Notes: generated from the letters alone by a model not told the origin. Shown: positions 1 through 13,830, numbered from the whole stretch's first letter. The stretch: 61,437 bases of DNA, filler included, from Basidiobolus meristosporus CBS 931.73 (GCA_002104905.1; 5 parts of 5 records of this genome joined end to end with filler, not necessarily neighbours in it); one strand, 5' to 3'. A program made the numbers and translations.

Positions 1-559
1 TAGACAACTCAGAGTATTCTCACTAAAGCACCAGATAACAAGAGTTCAAAGTATCTCCAACAAAATCACAACAAAGAATTTGTTCAGAATTCTCCAAGAT
101 ATGTAAATAATGATCCACATCAATATACTTGTGGGTATTTAGGTAAAATTACAAGCCTTTTCACCAATAAGGTCTCTAGACTCAAAACTCACAAAATGAT
201 GCCTAATATCTATGTGATTAGCTCCAGCATGAGAAGCAATCTCTCTCCTAGAGCAAATGCCTACTTGGAATCCTTATTATTGTTAATTTTGCAGTCACAC
301 CTGAATATTCATCCAGCTCAATTGCATAGGTTGCTACCTAAAAGTTGTAGAGAGTTTGGATTGAGTTCCTTGTTGGAATCTACTTGGAATCTACTTGCCA
401 GATTATCAGGTATCCTGAGCATATTAAATCTCAAAGTGGTCTATACAGCCTCACACTCTGGACACATGCTCTTGTGACCCTCTTAGACATATTATTCATG
501 TTTGTTCTGCTAAGTTTATGCAACAGTGTAAGTGCTCATTGTAAATCAAATGCTTTATT

Positions 560-908
560 TGTTGTAAAAATTTGTATTTCCACCTAAATATTCACCTAAC
601 TTAGTCACTTAGATCATTACCTTCAAATCCTAGAGAATACTGACCAAATTCCTTGTCGGGATTTACTTAGAATATTTTCACCAAAATACCAGGTACCCAG
701 AACATGAAAATTCTCAAAGTTGTCCAAACAGCCCCAAACTTTGCACACATGTTCTTGGGACCTTCCTTAACATATTCTATGTGTTTGTAATGCCAAGACC
801 AGGTAAAAGTATAAATACTACTTTTACATTCAATAAATCATTAAGTGAAAACCACATAATCTACTTGTTCTCCAAATCACTTCCAATATCTCCAAGACTC
901 TTACAACC
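560..908 (+). mobile_element. Solo LTR of the Ty1/copia family
   Basis: Matches the 350-bp LTR at 14684-15033 along its length, starts TG, and has TTATT on both sides (555-559 and 909-913) as a 5-bp TSD. Confidence 0.85.
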
Positions 909-1499
909 TTATTATCCTCAAATTGTTCAAATAGCCCCATATTTTGCACCCAGATTCTTGGAACCTTCCTAAACATAATCATTATGTTTATATTGCCAAG
1001 GCCATATAAAGTTGTAAGCACTACTTTACACTCAATAAATCATAAAGCAACCACTATACAATCTTTTTGTTTATCAAATCAATTTTAATATCCCCAAAGC
1101 TCTAACTGTGAGAAATCTTAAAGTTAGATTTCACTGCATTTCTGACTGATATTCAGCAGATGTTTCTGGTTCAACTTTTCAGTAACAATCTTGGAGGAAG
1201 TAATCCGCAGCTGATAGCTATATAGGGTATCTATGCCAGTTGGCCTAGTCTCCCTCTGAAAAGAATGTCTGTTTGTCTGCTGTGAAATTGGTACTTGAGA
1301 TATTGAGAGTTGTTACTATTAGGAAAGTTGGAATTCAGCTGAAAAAGCTTGAATATAGAAACATACCAACTACTGAAGATAGACTAAAAATATCCCTATG
1401 AAAGCTAACTTGGTACTGCAGGAGGATTTAATCCAGATCAGCTGTCAGGATCCTGCAAGGAGGCTGTCATAATGCTGGCAACTTGGAGTTACTGACCCT

Positions 1500-3990
1500 A
1501 TAGACAATCTAATGACAGGATTGCGATGGCATTTTGCTGACTTTACTGTCAAATAAACTTAAAGACTTAAAAGTGTTTGCGCAGTCTTTTAACAAGAGTT
1601 GATTGGCATTGTAATGGTCATCATGCACTCTACATATATTCATGCAGATCTAACCAGCCAATACATCCAGTTGCCTTATACAGCAAGACACTTGATAGTG
1701 TTCTAACAGCTTCATTGCAAGCCTCAAATGGCATTATGACAGCAGCAGGGTGCCCTACAACCAGTTTTGTATAATGCTACAGTACCAATTTACCAAACAG
1801 TATTTCCTTTTCTACCTCCCCATGCACCATTCATATTTCCACTATATATTCACCCCCCTTTATTCTCTTACCCACTACTACCTTGGGTGTTCCACACATT
1901 GTTTGAATCAAAAAAACTATGGCCCCCTACATACTAACCTCCACATATCCACACACCAGTGCAATTGACACACTTCTGTCACCTCCGCTTTACTGCTTTT
2001 TAGTGTGAAACTTGTAAAGTTGTTTTGTACCTTGTATTGCTGATAATATATACATCTAGCAAGCATATGCTTGGTTGCAGCCACTTTTGTCATATATATC
2101 TCTGTAATATCCGCAAAGATCTTCAAAGTACTTAGTCAATATATTCCTTCTCCATGCTGGAGACCAATCCCCCTTTTAGGTGCACTCTTGCACTTGTTTT
2201 GTGCAAACTCTGTATTGGATGGTTCAGAAACTGGCTCCTGACTAAGAAAAGCCTGGCATACTTTGGTAAAGTTTCCTGTACCAAAACAGCTGCTTGTTGT
2301 GCCCAACCCAACTTTACATTACTTAACTGATTACCCATGCATTGGGGCTGCTTAGCTTCTTAATGCAGAAGGCACAGGTGTCTCCATGTGCACATCTGTC
2401 CTCTGTATTTTCCAACTCTTCCTGGCAGTCTTCCATGTGCCAAACCATCACATCCATAATAAACTTTACAGTATTATTCTTGATGAAACTGGGATATGGT
2501 AGTACTAGTAACTTGACTTGTCTTCCCATCTCACCACACATCTGATCCATAGGAAGCTTGCAGAAAGTGAAGCTAGGCCTAATATCCTCCACACACCAAG
2601 CAAGATGGGTAGAGAATGGATAAAGTAGCAGCAGCAGGGACTTATGCAATCAGCTTTATGCTTGTAATATTTCCGCTCAAATCCCATAACAAGCTTCTTG
2701 CATAAAAGCTGCAGATGCTTCAAATAGCCATTGGTGATTGGCATTGGGACAAATATACCTACAGTGTCAACATATGACTTCCAATGCTTCCAATATACTC
2801 CTGGCTAAAGTGGCTCCAGAAGACCACTTGAGTAAATACATATACAGCTCATCCAGTCCTTGCATTTGTATTGTTGCATATGGATATGGATGTTAATTAG
2901 AGCTGGTGAGAAGTACTTTGGGTAGCAATACTCTGTATTATTTTGCCAATTCTTTCAAATTTCTCCGGAATCTCAAAGGGCTTATTTAGCTTGAAAGGCC
3001 CTATGTACCACTTGGTCTATAGTATAGGGATATTCTTAAAAAGCAAATGCATTGCTCCCAGTAGTAAGCTTTTGCCACAACATATACCCTCTATCTTTAG
3101 TATCTCCAGTTTCCATTCATCCCATATTCTGGCCTATAGCTTATAGCTTGCCAACTTTGCTGCAATTGCATGCTGACTTCTGTACATTCACTGTGTGGGA
3201 AAAGGATGCTTTTAGTTTAGGTGTGTGGACAAAAATGAGTGTGAGTTATGGGGTGAATCCCCTGGATCTCACACATTTGACAACAATACCCTCCATTGTG
3301 CCCAGAAAAGCTTGCTATATTGCTGATGGCTGGGGTATCTCCAATGCGGATAATAATATACGCTTAGATATAATGGCCATTTACTAGTATGCTGATAGAA
3401 AGCATGCCAAACTTATCCAGCAATCAATACAGGTAACTATCCAGGGTAGATGATGATTTAGGCCCAGATACCAGTGAGACTAACAACATATACCTGCCCT
3501 GATACTATAAGATAGGTGCAAGATTATAGTTGATAAGAATCAGTGGCCAGTAGGATTTGCTGGCAGAGTACTTATTTAATAAGAATCCATCAAGTACCAA
3601 GGCAAAGGCATAGACATATATACCTTCAGAGTTACACTTACTTCTTAGCTGTTTGTTTGCCATCAAGCATATAAGAGATATTGTCTCTTGACTGATGCTT
3701 AGTGCAATACTTTATAGCTTCTTTAGACAGGGTATTACTAGAATACTTCTGGAGTGTGTACAATGTTTCCCTCCAATGGTGGTAGATTTCTGAAAGGTTA
3801 GACACCTTGCAATGGTGACATTGTCCAATGTGTATGCCATGCAACTGCTAACACATGCTGGAATCAGGATGGTCTCTGGGCTGTATGTAACCAGTCACAT
3901 GATGGTAGTACACTTGCACCATGTACATGGTAAGTTGCATCCTGGAATGATTCTGGCAAGAAGTAGTAGTAAATGACAGCCTTGTACTTG
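1500..3990 (-). pseudogene. Decayed CACTA/EnSpm (Transposase_21-like) transposase; approximate bounds
   Basis: Broken minus-strand frames carry TnpD-like C-terminal motifs (HLA..VEDI.P, PMDQMCGEMGRQV). It is the inverted homologue of 38400-38930, which shows clearer CACTA motifs. Confidence 0.65.
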
Positions 3991-4189
3991 CAACATTGCA
4001 CCCACACAAATGCATGATTCAGTGATGCCCTGCCATGGCAAGAAATATCAATAAAGCTGTAGCACCCTATACACACATGTATATAGCACTATTTCTCCTA
4101 TTGTTTGACTCACTTCTATATATACACCATCAGAAAATAAAGCAAAGTTGTCTGATTCATAACCAAGCCCCCCTGTTGACAGCAGCAGA

Positions 4190-6100
4190 GAATGGTTGGA
4201 CAACAGCTTGCTTTGATACTCAGGGCAACAAGCAGAGCTACATCCAAAAAAGGCCATGTTGACAGTGTGCCCACTGAAGGTAATAATGAGGACTCCTCAG
4301 GCTCTCAGTCATGTAGGCAATCAAGAATCTCTGAGGAGCTGCAGGCTGACCTTGTTACTCAGGCAGATGAGAATATAGCCAATGCAGTACCTTTGCTTGA
4401 AGATCAGCAAGTGGCTGTCATAATATAACCACCACTGTTATTAGCAAGTATGTTAGATCTCATACCAATGCATTATTGAAGCAATTAGGTGCAGTCACTG
4501 AGAGGATACAATGGCCCAGAGAAGTCAGGAAATAGTCCAGGAGCAATATGATCTGCCAATACACAAACAGCAATGAATATCCCAGGTAGAGAACATGGTA
4601 TCCTTGCTACAAAGGAGGAACTCAAGTAGTGCAATATCACAGTAAGTAATTGAAATATTTTCCAATGTAACAACAGAGTTGCACTTTACAGTCTTTGAAG
4701 TAAAACAACAGTGCCCAAAGATAAAGCCCACCAAAAAACCCATCACAGCATGGTAAGGAGAGACTGTAGTGCTTATAATAAAGCATGAAAATCAGTATAC
4801 ACTAAAGATTGATGAAGCAGTGGAGTGCAATGATGAAGAGTAAGTTAATTTACAAGAGGCTGTAAGAAGTCTAGCACACCATCACCTTAAGGTTGGCACA
4901 CAATGGGACTAACAGGAAACCAAGGCCAAGCAGAATATGCTTGACTTGTTGCATCAGCATTATCCTGGATTCAACTGAGCAAATGAATATTAGACCAGCA
5001 TTGGTATGCTGAGAAAGTATCTCAAGAATAGCCATACTAATAAAGGCAGAAGTGCAAGGGTTCCATGGCTAAAAACCAGTGGCCTCCTCAAGAGCCTGTT
5101 ACAAGCAGAACCAAAAGCTGTAAAAAGGTGTCAAAGAGATATTGAGAAGCTGGAAGAGTGCCAATAAGGGACATGCAGCCAGACACAAATGCATCAGCAC
5201 AGCATTACTGAAGGAAAAAGCCTAGTTTCATTCAAGAAGCACTCAGTCAAGCTAGCAGTGAAGGACCTTGCAGTGATAAAACCAATGGCTTCCTCACAAG
5301 CTCATCACAACTATGGCTAAAAGTGCCAGGCAAGTGGCAAAGAAATGTCAGGTTACCAGTAGAGTGCTAGCAAGGGACAAGCAGGCCAAGATAGCTGTAT
5401 CAGAGCAGCATTTATAGAGGAGAAAACATAGTTCCATACAAGAAGCATTTAGACTAAGTAGCAGTGCAAGAACTGGCAGTATTCAAAAAGAAGGTAAAGG
5501 GAAAAAAGTCTATCCAAGCCAGAGTTGGGGAGGTGTAAGAAAAAGCTGTAGTTCTTGCCAAGTGATGTCATAGTCCTGGAACCGGCTGAATCCCATCATT
5601 GCCAAGAAGAATTACCACCTAGATAAAGGCTGTTTTCTCAAGAGTTGGAAGCACAGCCAGTTGAGCCACACTCCAGTGAGGTAGATGAGTTTGCAGGGAA
5701 AGGCAACTTGTCTACCACAGCTTCCACATTCTATACTGTAGACAGAGTGGAGATCCAACTGACAGACCAAGCAACAACATCAAGAACTCAAGCAACCATC
5801 ACAATGCCTACAATGGAGTCTTGTAATACTAATTGACACACCAAGAGGTTGGTGCACTTCTTCAGCAGCAGAGCTCAAGAAATGCACTTAAATATTGCAA
5901 GGATTCATTGCCCAGACTGACAAATGAGATGCTAGATCTTGCAATGCCAGCTGAAGACCAGAACATATGGGAACTTGCAAATGAACAGTGGCAAGAAGCT
6001 GTATGATTCCCACCAAAGTCATTGAAAAAGAGTGTCACAGCAGAAACACCTACTGAATGGTTGATTTTATGGGGTTGCTTGTTGGTTGCAGGGTTGATAC
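4190..6100 (+). pseudogene. Decayed second ORF of the same repeat (TnpA-like position); approximate bounds
   Basis: Fragmented frames (ELQADLVTQADENIANAV...) are homologous to minus-strand fragments at 35700-37400 (ELQADQIAEANENVVKAI...). No domain recognised. Confidence 0.4.
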
Positions 6101-6189
6101 TAATGTGAGTGCTGGGTATAGGGAATTGTATAGGGCAGTACAATTAGCAACTAAGGTACTACTGCAGTTTCAACAAAAATATATCAATT

Positions 6190-6430
6190 TGTACGCATGA
6201 AAAGTAAGTGAAATGGTTGAGTCAGGAAGTAAGCATAAAAAGTAAGAGAATTGGTTAAGTCAGTAAGTAAGGAGTGTGAAAACAAGGCAATAGCCAAGCA
6301 ATGTACATTAACATAGGAGATGACTGAGTGTCTGGGATCAGAAAGTGCAAGAATTGACTGAGGACTAATCAAAAGCCACCTATATGTTGTTATGAAAATG
6401 TTGGCTATGTATTTTGAGAAATCTGTGTGC
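6190..6430 (-). repeat. Dispersed ~250-bp non-coding repeat, probably a terminal region of the CACTA-like family
   Basis: Reverse complement of the segments at about 19605-19855 and 54486-54725 (CACCCCAGATT..., CACTCCTTACTTCCTGACTCAAC). Confidence 0.55.
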
Positions 6431-6653
6431 AGTTACTTTTCAACACTCCTTGCATGGTGTCCTGACAGGATCAATACCTCTTGTGAAGCTTTAATTCTGT
6501 GTCAGCCTTTTGATGTAATCATGACAGTTATTTTTCATTGGGTATCTGCACTCTGATTAACCACAAACATGGATTCTCAGAAGAGGTATACTGACTGTGG
6601 ATTATCTCAGTAACTCATACACCTGGAAAACTTTTAAATAATGTCAAGATATT

Positions 6654-7332
6654 AGACTTATTCTATTGGATTGTGCCATACTGAGCCATAGGTATCAACC
6701 TGTACTTGGCAACAGATTGTGAGGCATTGATCATCATCTTCATGCAAAGCAGCCCCTGTGTGTCACCTACTGTGCTGGAGAAGATCCATTTGTTGACCTT
6801 TTTTTGGATCAATGCCAAGGACTATGTGTAAATGCACAGAAGGAACAATAACATGTATTTGGTACTCAGTACCCATGTTACTCTGCATCTAGCTGCAGAG
6901 GTCCATAACATGTCACAGAAATGCAGGGCACTATCTTGGTCCACTGGTATCATCTGGTACTATACTTTAACATTGGCCCTTAAGTAAAGCTGGTACAAAG
7001 CACTTACAGTGCCATATAGTACCAGTGGAGCAATATAGTGCCTTGCATTTTTGCAACAAGTTACAAACTACTGCAGCTGGATTCAGTGGGCAACAGGTAT
7101 TGAGTACCAAATGCATGTCATTTCTCTTTCTGTGCACTTACATATGGTCTGCAATACTGATCCCAAGAGAGGGTGAAAAACCTGGATTCTGTCCAACATA
7201 ATGGGTGAAGCATAGGGGCTACTATGCATGAGAATGTAGATATATGTTACATACTGTAAGGCAAAATATTGGGCAGCTATGCCTCTCTGGCACAATATGG
7301 AGCTGTGTGGTGCTATTCAATGAAACAAGTAT
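6654..7332. mobile_element. Decayed foldback MITE of the AGACTTGTTCC family
   Basis: Long imperfect inverted arms centred near 6985, homologous to 44456-45189. Termini are AGACTTATTC...GAAACAAGTAT, with ATT on both sides (6651-6653 and 7333-7335). Confidence 0.75.
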
Positions 7333-7869
7333 ATTGCAACTGGAGAGATTCTACTAGTGACAACAGAACACTTGATGCAGCTGGACAAGGAACTAGCCAA
7401 GTAAGCTTGTAGGTAATAAAGGAAGCCACACTCTTACCTTCAACAAAATACTCTATGTACTTGAAATAGCCAAGAACCTACTGTCTGTAAGTGAGGCCAC
7501 AGCAGAAGGACTTGGTTTCAGTTTTGACAGTTCTGGTTGCAGGATCACTGATCAAAATGGTGCACATATTACTATGGGTGTCAGTGATCAGAATCCACAC
7601 AAGCTGGGCTAAAGCAAGCTGTGGTTTAGCCATTCTTCTGCTGCTGTTTGTGGTGGGGTCAGGTGGGAAACCATACATCTTGACTTAATTTGTTGGAAGA
7701 TGTATATATGGAAGTGAGTCAAACAAAGCAGAGATGGTGTTACATATATATGTGTATGTGGCACCACAGCTTTTTTTATAATGCTTAATATGACAGGTCA
7801 TCTCTGAATCTGCATTCATGTAGGTGCAATGCCTCAATAATCTGTGCTCTATCACAGTATATACAACCT

Positions 7870-8060
7870 TGTCTTAAAAAAGGTCAGAAAATGGATTTTC
7901 TCCTGCACAGTGGGTGAAATATAGGGGTTATTTTGCATGAAATTATGGAGCTATGTTTCATGTCAAGTGGCCAAGTATAAGGCTACTTTGTCTCTCTAGC
8001 TCAACATGGCATGATTTGGCACTCATGGCTAAATGTGGCACTATCCAATGGAACAAGTCT
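7870..8060. mobile_element. Partial arm of the same foldback MITE
   Basis: Aligns to 45000-45189 and ends ...CCAATGGAACAAGTCT followed by ATT. Confidence 0.7.
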
Positions 8061-8914
8061 ATTTTACAAGCCTTGCAGCCATGAAGCACACAGACAGCAT
8101 AGCAGGTGCTACAAGAAGCATGGCCAATGTTTTGCCACACAAGTCATACTTGAGCATTCATCAATCACTGTTATTCCAACAAAGTTTTGCTAGCCACTTA
8201 ATAGACTTGTTCCATTGTACCATGCCAGGGCGCACAGCCCAATCTGCGGTTGTAAAGAACAATTGGGTGCAATATTAAAGCTACCACAAGGCAGGATTGT
8301 TCTTGGACAATTTTGCACTATGTGGGACAATCTTGTACACTATGGCACAATCTGACACAATGAGGTTGGCACGGATGATTGCACCAACTTGTAATGTTTG
8401 CATCACATGTGCAATTGGGTACCGCTATTATGGCAGGTAAAATCTGGTATTTAGATATGTTTCTTTAATGTAAATGGAAATAAATGTGTATCACACTATT
8501 AACTACACTGATACTTACCATTTTGGTCACCATTGTTCTAATTGGATGGTATCTCAGTGGTTAATTGGTCCAAAAGTATCCTGAAGCTGGCAGCCCCCAA
8601 TTGGCTCATTGACTACCAAGCAAGCTACCTGATTTGCCATCAAATATTCCATTTTGCCCATTGAGCAAGTAAATCCTTGATCCTAGTGATTGGACAAGGT
8701 GTCATAGCTAGCATGCAAGCAATTGGGTGGGTGCAAAACAGATCCAATAGCTGCACTGGTATTACAGATGATGTATATATATGCAGGGTGTTTATTTATA
8801 GGGGTTCCGTATCAAATATGAGACTACCTTGATATTACTTATATCAAAAATTTGATGATCACTGATTTGTGATGGCTCAATTAAGATTGCAAAAAAAATG
8901 GGTTGTTGGGATCA

Positions 8915-10143
8915 TTACAAATAATAGCAATTCAAAGCAATTGCATCAACTTCTCCTGGGTTTTTTCTCACAGGGATTACTACTGAAGCATTTGGTAGTG
9001 ACTCACTTTGCACACCTATACTACTTCCTGGCTGACTATCATCTTGGCTACTTGTGTATTTGTAGTCAGTATTTTGCCTCCTAGATGATGAGTGCAATGC
9101 TGCAGCTTGGCTGCGCTGAATTGCTCCAACTGAACTAACTGAACCGGCCTGGAGTGCCATGCGCTGACACGTTCTTTTACTTGCCAAGGGCTCTGGTGGT
9201 TGAGGCACTTCATGTTGGTCATCATCAGTCAGTTCACCAGAAGTAACTTGCTGATGGTCAGGCAAAACAGCATGCACAGGCGTGCCTTGACGCATTGATA
9301 TGGCCCTTGGCTGAGTTCATTGTGATGCTGCATGTTGATGCAACTTGGTCTGCTCCAATGGACTTGTGTCTAAATGAGCAGTTTGGCAAGTTCTGGTAGT
9401 TTTGCTCTGGTAAAGGGTGTTGGCATAGTCTGGACTGATGTGCGCCAGTGCGTTGTGGTTGCAAGAGATGGTGAGGAATCCAGCAAGGTGTGCTGGCGCA
9501 ATCTGGATGATGTTGCTTGCAGTCTGTATTCTTCCTCTTGAAGCTCACTATCTGATTCCTCAAGGTATTCACTTACCCTCTGTCTGATACTTTGGAGCTG
9601 TTGCCTGGATGAGTCCTGTGTATATTGCTCTTGGAAGCCACTTAGCTCTACTAATATATCATGCAGTACATTAGTCATTGGAGGCAAAGACTCATTCAAA
9701 ACCTCTTTGGTTCCCAAAGTTGAGGCACAAACGGATGCATCCAGCCCATACTGTGCAAATTGTGCGCAAAATTGTTCCTGCACGGCTTCTTCATCAAATC
9801 CCCTCACTCTCAGCTCATTCTTGATTTCAGTACTTGTCTTGTTATATATCTTCTTACATACACTGGCTGGCATCTTGATGTAGAACTCATGCCACAGCTT
9901 TCTACTCAAATTCTGTCATCTTTGTTGACTCTCCAAGGTATCTAGTTCTGCTAGATTAGTCAGTAGTGCCAAAATATCTGTATGAGGGCTCATCATAGAC
10001 ACTTGGGTCATACTAAAATCATTTGGCAAGAACTCAAACGGATCCAACATCAACTTTTCCAGTCTGGACCACGCTTGTGAGCTGGGGGATGGGTTTTGTC
10101 TGGGTTGTACTAAAGATGAGTTGAGACATGGTATGGGGACCAT
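8915..10143 (-). pseudogene. Accessory ORF2 of the PHIS element, disrupted
   Basis: ORF pieces 9916-10143, 9370-9909 and 8915-9295 join up when compared with the second copy (46711-47262 reads through the stop). No Myb/SANT motif recognised by eye. Confidence 0.65.
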
Positions 10144-10502
10144 AGCAACGGATTTGGATACTTATATAGCAGTATATTGGCATCAACCTGGTCTTATATG
10201 AGATATATATGAAAACTAATGTGATTGTTGAATTTTCCATATATTATGCATGATGCATCTTGGATTGCATTGAAATGGAAAAGATCACATCAATCACAGA
10301 TTTCCTATTTGATTATAGACCTATGAGTAAAGCATCAATAAAAGTACCAAGGCATTGTTTGCGGATGATTTTTGCAACATAATGATGGGATACATGGTGA
10401 TTGATGGAGATTTAATCATAATGCATTAAAAATCTGATAAATAACGCGTATTGCGCCAAATTGATTCAAACCACCTCCATACAATCATCCACCAATTTTA
10501 AT

Positions 10503-11387
10503 ATGAATTACTCATCTGAATGGTCTTTTCTCATCAATCCCATCACTACCACTGGAATTCCTTTTGATACAATAGAGGAGATCTATTTCAAGTACTGTGG
10601 ACCATCAACCCCAATCTACTCAAGGAGATCCCTTGTTAAGCTTCTCTGCTATTACAAGAACTATTGCCCCACAAGGTTTCATCCCACCATCCATGGCAAC
10701 AAGAGTCCTAGAAGCTTTCATTCCCAACTGACAGCAATGGAGAACCACCTTGCAGAGTGTATGAATGACTTAGAGCAAGCTTGGAATACTAGGTTCAGAA
10801 GCTCCAATAGACTTCCATATCCCACAGTGTTCAGCAACAGGCTTCATATAAGGAGTATTTTGGATACCTGCCCAGTGAGGATTAACAGACCTTCTAGAGG
10901 GCAGATGCACTTTTATTCTGGCAAGTACAAGGCACACTGTGTGAAGTTTCAAGCACTGTCTGACATTGAGGGTAACATCATCTGGTTTAGTGGGCCATTT
11001 GCTGGAAGTAGGCATGACAAAGCACTCTAGGTAGAGAATCATCCAGAATTCAGTAGAGGGGAGAAATGTATGGCAGACTTAGCCTATATAGGAGAGGATT
11101 GTCACAGATTAGGATGTATTACAGCTTATAGGAAGCCAAGGAATGGTGTGCTTAGCAGCAAGCAGAAGCTCTACAATGAGATATTTAATCATTTCAGAGT
11201 GAGGGTAGAGCACACATTTGGATATCTGAAGAGATTCAGCATATTGGCAGGTAAATACAGAGGAAAGTCATATATAGAAGAAAACAGCAGAATAGGTAAA
11301 ATAGGTAGGATACTTATTAATGCACAGTATGCTTATACAAGAAGACATCCACTGAGAGAAATGTGTCTGGAGCATTATGAAGAGTAA
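10503..11387 (+). pseudogene. DDE_Tnp_4 (Harbi1-like) transposase with one premature stop
   Basis: Motifs ILDTCPVRINRP, FYSGKYKAHCVKFQ, GSRHD, ADLAY and RVRVEHTFGYLKRF. ORFs 10461-11030 and 11070-11387 are in the same frame, split by TAG at 11028-11030. Confidence 0.9.
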
Positions 11388-11599
11388 ATAAAGCAAGTAA
11401 AGCACTATTCTGAGCAACATAAATAAGATTGAGTAAAATTACCAGTAACTGTATCATACCACTGGCATCATGGTAGAAATTATAGTGCCAGATAGTGCCA
11501 TAGGGTGCCAGATTGATCCGGCACTATGTGGCACTATCAAACGGAACAAGTCTAATACCTCTATAATGGCTTGTAGTCACACTTATCACCTGGTGCAAA

Positions 11600-12110
11600 C
11601 TAAGTTAGGCAAATTTTTGACACCTTTTGGCTCACCTCAGCCTGCTGAGTATAGTGGATAGAGTGATAGCCCAGAACAAGAGGCTCACCAATGAATTGTG
11701 GGCTTGTATACTCTCACTATAGTGCCATGCATAAGACTGGCAAAATCCTAACATGCAATGAGGCAACACCCAAGAAAAAAAATGCCAGGGATTCTTCATG
11801 GAGCCACAAGAGCCCAGTAATAAGTTTACTGCCAAAGGATGTGATGTTGTGTTCCAAGGAGTGGCATGATTGCCCCAAAATCAGTAATGGGGGATTTGAG
11901 GATTGACTGCTGCTTCTTGCCAAAATCATTCCAGGATGCAACTTACTGTATACTTGGTACAAATAGACAGCTAACATGCAATAGGCAACATATGACCCAG
12001 AGACTGTCATGATACCATCATGTATTAGCAGTTGCAAGACTTTTGGACATTTTGAGGGAGGCTTCTACTTTCTTCAGGAGGGATGTTTCTGGTTAATGCT
12101 GCTACCAATG
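11600..12110 (+). pseudogene. CACTA-family fragment; approximate bounds
   Basis: Homologous to 37860-38330 and, inverted, to about 3830-4030. Confidence 0.45.
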
Positions 12111-12558
12111 TTACCAGTCTTGGTATAAGATTATAGAGGAATAGGGTTTAGCTAGTATTGTATTCACTAAAACTTGAGCTGATCTTTATTGAGGTTCCAG
12201 CAGCTCCTTATATACATTTTGCCAGATCAATTTCTGACTGATTGTATTTCCTAATGTAGGCTGTGGCTGATAACTCATTTGATTATATCATCATCACCAT
12301 CAGATCCTACATAATATATCTATTTCTGTCTGATAAGGATCTGATGATTCATTTGCTGACTAATGCTACTAATTTGATAGAAAATTCTGATATACTGATA
12401 AGCTAAGCATATAACTAATTGATCTGACTAAAAACAGATCTGACTTAAACATTCAAGCAACAGATCATAACATCCTTGTGTTGAAAACTTCAGCTGAAAT
12501 AAAGCTTATTTGATAATGACACTGCTCTAAAGATCTTCTCTCAGGGCTCCCATGCTGA

Positions 12559-12658
12559 NNNNNNNNNNNNNNNNNNNNNNNNNNNNNNNNNNNNNNNNNN
12601 NNTTAATTAATTAANNNNNNNNNNNNNNNNNNNNNNNNNNNNNNNNNNNNNNNNNNNN
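12559..12658. other. Artificial contig spacer (Ns + TTAATTAATTAA)
   Basis: Exactly 100 nt with a central all-frame-stop linker, and identical at four places. Confidence 0.97.
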
Positions 12659-13149
12659 TATCAATTGCAGTAATACTTGGCATATCTTCTGTATCAACAC
12701 TCAAGAAAATGCTTATGTCATCACAAAAATTGCAAGGATCAAATCTCATCAATGGTCTTCTCTAACCCTTTGATATCTGATTCCATGAATTGGACTGTAT
12801 GATTATCCAACTAGTATTTTAGTTTTATCCACCAGCAACTGTGCAAAAATTATAACAGGTGCTTTGGCATATCTCTAACATCAGCTGAAAATCATCTGAC
12901 CAAATGATTTATTATGTTCCATCTGTAGTTGTTAATAAAATCTCAGGTTAACTTGAATCAGTACTCCAACCTCTTGATGTTGACTAATTCAATTTGCTTT
13001 AAAGCCATAAAGAGCAAGTGCTGAACTCTTTGGCTTAGTGTGTGTCTCAATGAAATAACTTCTCAAAGTAATTTCCAACAGACAAATTTCTCTAATTTTG
13101 CCTGCAAGTGCTATGAAAAATAAGTTGGTCCAGCTGCTTAGAATTCTTG

Positions 13150-13830
13150 ACCCTCCTTAAAATCTTATGGTGGTATTGTGACAGTGTATTGCTGAATTTG
13201 CTGCCAAATAAAGTAAAAAACTTGATGGTGTTTTGACAGTCATCTTGCTAACCTCTACATATGTGCACACCTGCTGCAATTGACACACTTCTATCACGCC
13301 AACTTTACGGCTTTTTAGTGTGATACTGGCATATTTGCCATACACCCTGTATTGCTGGTTACCTATGCATCTTGCAAATACATGCTTAGTTGCCATCTCT
13401 TGTGATATGAATACTTGTTGAGTATCTACAAAATACTTTTGGGTACTTAATCAATATATGCCTTCTGCCAGCTGGATTTGAGTCCCCCTTATAGGTGCAC
13501 TCTGGTTCTTGTTTGAGTGAATTCCAAATTGAATGGTGTAGAAATTGGCTTGCACCCAGCAGAAACTCAGCCAACTTTGGTAAAGTTGTCCTTACAAAAA
13601 TTAGTTGCTTCTTGTGTCCAACCCAACCTTGCCTTACTTGACTGATTTCCTACACATCAAGGCTGCTTAGCCTCTTAATGCCAAAGGAAATAAGTATCTC
13701 CATAGCACATTGGTGCCCAATATTTTCCAACTCCTCCTGGCTGTCCTCCATATGCTAACTCATCATATCTATGATGGACTTGAAGGTTATATTCTTGATG
13801 AGATTGGGATATGGTAGTACTTGCTGTTGT
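13150..13830 (-). pseudogene. CACTA transposase fragment; approximate bounds
   Basis: Homologous to 1960-2520 (ATKHVFARC vs ATKHMLARC, EVCQL). Confidence 0.55.

Larger units (their letters stand above)
8203..11553 (+). mobile_element. Full-length two-ORF PIF/Harbinger-superfamily (PHIS) DNA transposon, 3351 bp
   Basis: TIRs AGACTTGTTCC / GGAACAAGTCT, with AAT on both sides (8200-8202 and 11554-11556). Contains a DDE transposase and a divergent ORF2, plus subterminal GTGCCA/TGGCAC repeats. Confidence 0.85.

Noticed and set aside
8200-11556. Parsing the DNA transposon as GAC...GTC with a TA TSD (Tc1/mariner-like)
   Set aside because: The insertion at 44456-45189 only restores the host LTR with AGAC...GTCT ends and a 3-bp TSD, and the transposase is DDE_Tnp_4.
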